A stretch of DNA of 64,000 nt from positions 55,769 to 119,768 of the forward strand of contig MU008230.1 of assembly GCA_010909165.1 (NCBI GenBank), read 5' to 3'. The notes below the pieces were generated by a model. That model saw nothing but the letters and a program-made list of their open reading frames with translations, was not told the DNA's origin and searched no databases. Numbering within the stretch: the stretch's first letter is position 1; each line of letters starts with the position of its first letter. The position numbers and the translations under genes are program-made. The DNA comes from Anthoceros angustus (Eukaryota > Plantae > Anthocerotophyta). This document shows, piece after piece, positions 61,200-64,000 of this stretch.

Positions 61200-62300
61200 G
61201 GCGTGGCGAATTCGGGAACCCAACGGGGCCGTCAAGGATTTTATTTGGCAATACAGCTGATGGGCCCGCCATGGCTCCTATGTTTTCTGCAAAGACAAGA
61301 AGTGGATTATTTGTCCGACCACTGCCGCTCCTCCATGAAGTGGTCAAGGGGCGAAAATCGATTGGGGACGAATTCTCTCGACAAGTTGTGTGAAGAGAGG
61401 TTGAACCTCGATTTCTCCTACCTCGACCTCTAATTTCACCACCTCGTCCATCTTTATGCATGCTAACCGCCAGAGGTAGAATTGTGGCCTCCTTCACATG
61501 TGGAAGCCGCTAGGGAGGTGAAATGAAGGCGGAGGAGCCCAAGGAGGAAATCGAGGAGGAATCCTGATAGCAAGTCCGTGGCATGTGCGCCTGAGGAAGA
61601 GAAGGAAATTTCACCAAAAAAAGAGGAAGACCGGGTGAAGGCCTCACCAGAAAAGGTGAGATGCTGACGTCGACGCCACAACAGAAAAATGAAGGCCAAA
61701 CGCGATTGAGGTGGCTAAGAGGAGGCGCGATCCGAGGAGACAATTTTGCCGACTGGATGCGATGATGAACCAACCTGGAGGGATTAGGCCGACCTCGTGG
61801 ACCCTCCTCAAAGATGGGAAGAGATTTTCAAGGGGACTCCACCGCAACAGAGGTGGATGCCGAATTGGTGAGGGTGCGCACTTGCCGGGAAGGAAAGTGC
61901 TCGGCTGGGATGGCGCCCGCCACAACAGTGGATTTGCGTGAGCCGACCACATCGGCGATCCGCCCAAGCGGATTTGACTGCAAGCCTTAGCCTCACATGG
62001 CTCAGGTGCAAGGGCGGCGCGAGGAAGTGGTGAAGGCTGTGTTTGACGAAGAGGAGGCCAAGCGCAAGCAAATCGGAGGAAGACAAGCGGGCCCTAGAGG
62101 AAATAAGGGCCAAGATCTGTGAGGAAGATTTGTGGCCTGGGAGAAGTTGTGCCATGACGAGTCAGCAGGAAGCGCCATGGCTCAAATTAAGGATGCCCAC
62201 GAGACAAACCAGAGATGCGGTGGGGAGTTGTTGTGGAGTGGAGGCGGCCTCAAGTGGAGAAGGCCCATGTCGCAGATAAACGGAGCTGGATGACGCGTAA
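61200..62300 (+). pseudogene. Degenerate DWG-family extra ORF, third subtype
   Basis: KIDWGRIL (61354-61377)...SYL...HLVHLYA (to 61460) across a frameshift and stop. Confidence 0.45.
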
Positions 62301-63021
62301 AGGATAAGGGAAAGGGGAAGGTAGCAGGACCACGACCGGGGTAGTGGAAGGAACTACCGAAGGAAAGGAAGCAGCAACCGCGGTAGCCGAAACACCTACC
62401 AGGGTTGCTGAACAGACGACGGTCGTGGAGTCCACCACCGCGGTAGTGGAAGCTGCTACCGGCATTGGCGAGCCCAACTCTGGAACGGCCATGAGCGGAG
62501 CGACAGGATGCGACGCGACGCAGGACCATGCAACCAGTGTAGCCTCACGGAGGAGGGGGTAAGCACCGCCCACAGCAGGAGGTCCTATTATGTTGCGGCA
62601 CATGGATGAGGAAACTTATGTTCTCGGGTCTATATGTGAATGGGGAACGCGTGCTTAACTTCACCGCCCATGTGCGTGTGGAAATAGGAGGGACTGTGGC
62701 CTACCCATCGCAAGTGAGGACTGTGCATACTTCTACCATCACGCCCGAGTGTGGGGTTGGCCCCTATTATGTGGAGGCGACTTTGGAGGAGTTAAGGAGG
62801 AGGAGGTCTGTGCTTGGGTGGACGAGGAACCGTAATAATCCTCAAAGAATAGGCGGCAAGCGGAAGATGCGGAAGCCTGGGCGGTACACCTCAAATTAGG
62901 ACGTCCAGCAAAGTGATGAGGTGGAAGTATTGTGGGAAACCCGCGATCGCGTGGCGTGAGGGCTCGTGGCGGCGTAATGGAGGACTAAGGGCCAGCGGCC
63001 AAGCTCGAGGGAGGCCCAGCG

Positions 63022-63475
63022 TGTGGTAAAGGGAGAATCCGGGGCCTCCCAGTCCTCCCACTATAGCGGCCACACTTATCCCAATCGCCGCTCAGACGCT
63101 GGGTTTCATTCCCATGAGACTTGTGTGAAAGTTCGAGGTCTTGTGATGCCCGATCGCTACCTGCAGTGACACACTTCTCAGCCTTCTAAACAAGCAAGGC
63201 ACCCTCTACTCTCCCTCTTACAGCAGCTGCACCACTTGCACTGCTTCGAAAAATCGCCAACCCTCGACCCACAACGACACAAAACAATTGCGGGTCCTGC
63301 CTCAGCAGCAAGGAGCCTACCACGGGCGCCCAGGGACCCCCTGGTTCACACCGCGATTTCGTCCCTACTTCTAAGACCAAACTTCGACCTACAACGACAC
63401 AACACAATTGCAGGTCCTGCCTCAGCAGCAAGGAGCCTACCACGGGCGCCCAGGGACCCCCTGGTTCACACCGCG
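63022..63475 (-). repeat. Terminal fragment of a family B LTR containing an 85-bp direct repeat with 120-bp period (63271-63355 / 63391-63475)
   Basis: cccatgagacttgtgtgaaagttcgagg shared with 45140-45168 and the reverse complement of 7315-7345. Confidence 0.8.
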
Positions 63476-63489
63476 CTGTTAGAGTCGGC

Positions 63490-64000
63490 ATGACGCAAGC
63501 CAATGTACCCCACGACGCTGACCGAGCACTCGCGCGCTGGGCCTTGCGCTGGCTCGAGCCGAGGAACTGGATGAAGCCCTGATGGCGGCCATTGCCGCCG
63601 AGCAATACCGCCCTACGACGGGTCCGCACGCATCATCGCCAGTGTCAGTGCCGTTTGCGTGGCGCTGGAGCATGGCCGAGCGCTGTGGGTGCTGGTAGCT
63701 CAGTGGCTGCCGACAGCGGCGTTCAGCTTGCTCCGCCTGCAGCATGAGGCGTTGGCGCGCGCCGTGTGGCTACTCTACGCAGCGACAGACCTCGCAGTGG
63801 ATCAGCTCGCTCCGCTGTCGAAGGAGACCGAGGCTGCGGCCAACAAGCTGCCGATGCTGGCCGACATGCTCAAGCAGCTGGCCGCCAAGCCGGCGGCGGC
63901 GCAGCCACTGCTCGGCCTGCAGGCGTTCAAGAACAACGCCGCCGCCGCGCTGAATTCCTTGTGCACGGCGGCATCAACGCCCTGCACCGCCATTCGCAGG
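63490..64000 (+). pseudogene. Bacterial-type hypothetical protein (DUF6988-like), 3 apparent frameshifts, runs off the window
   Basis: Stitched translation ...RAEELDEAL...YDGSARIIAS...VALEHGRAL...LLRLQHEALARAVWLLYAATD...KLPMLADML...FKN...LNSL/VHGGINALHRH; abrupt switch to high GC and GC3; family name recalled, not searched. Confidence 0.6.

Noticed and set aside
62300-62900. ORFs 62344-62562 and 62606-62899 as host genes
   Set aside because: Low-complexity or unrecognised; probably TE spacer sequence
1-64000. tRNA/rRNA genes or CRISPR arrays
   Set aside because: None seen; tRNA-complementary stretches are only 12-17-nt primer-binding sites

Overview
Eukaryotic, transposon-saturated window, most likely from a streptophyte alga or plant (inferred from plant-type tRNA primer-binding sites and element families). 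It is a nested mosaic of degenerate Ty1/copia elements (C, D1-D3, K), Ty3/gypsy elements (Athila/Tat-like B copies, a PHD-finger-integrase gypsy, a chromovirus-like gag element G), one CACTA element with intact ends and a 3-bp TSD, a duplicated MULE/SWIM gene fragment and two long microsatellite tracts. Most coding remnants are riddled with small indels, so some may be assembly error; there is one N at 21460. Main result: an LTR-PBS(tRNA-Asp)-ORF-PPT-LTR unit (13970-19493) with no gag/pol, whose only long ORF is an uninterrupted, intronless 890-aa protein with Crinkler/CR-effector architecture (ubiquitin-like header, P-loop NTPase, PD-(D/E)xK nuclease). Also notable: a PHD finger at a gypsy integrase C-terminus, a conserved antisense ORF remnant in three copia elements, a segment shared between a copia leader and a gypsy extra ORF, and a bacterial-looking GC-rich gene abutting an LTR fragment at the window end. 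All family assignments come from motif recognition by eye; no searches were run.
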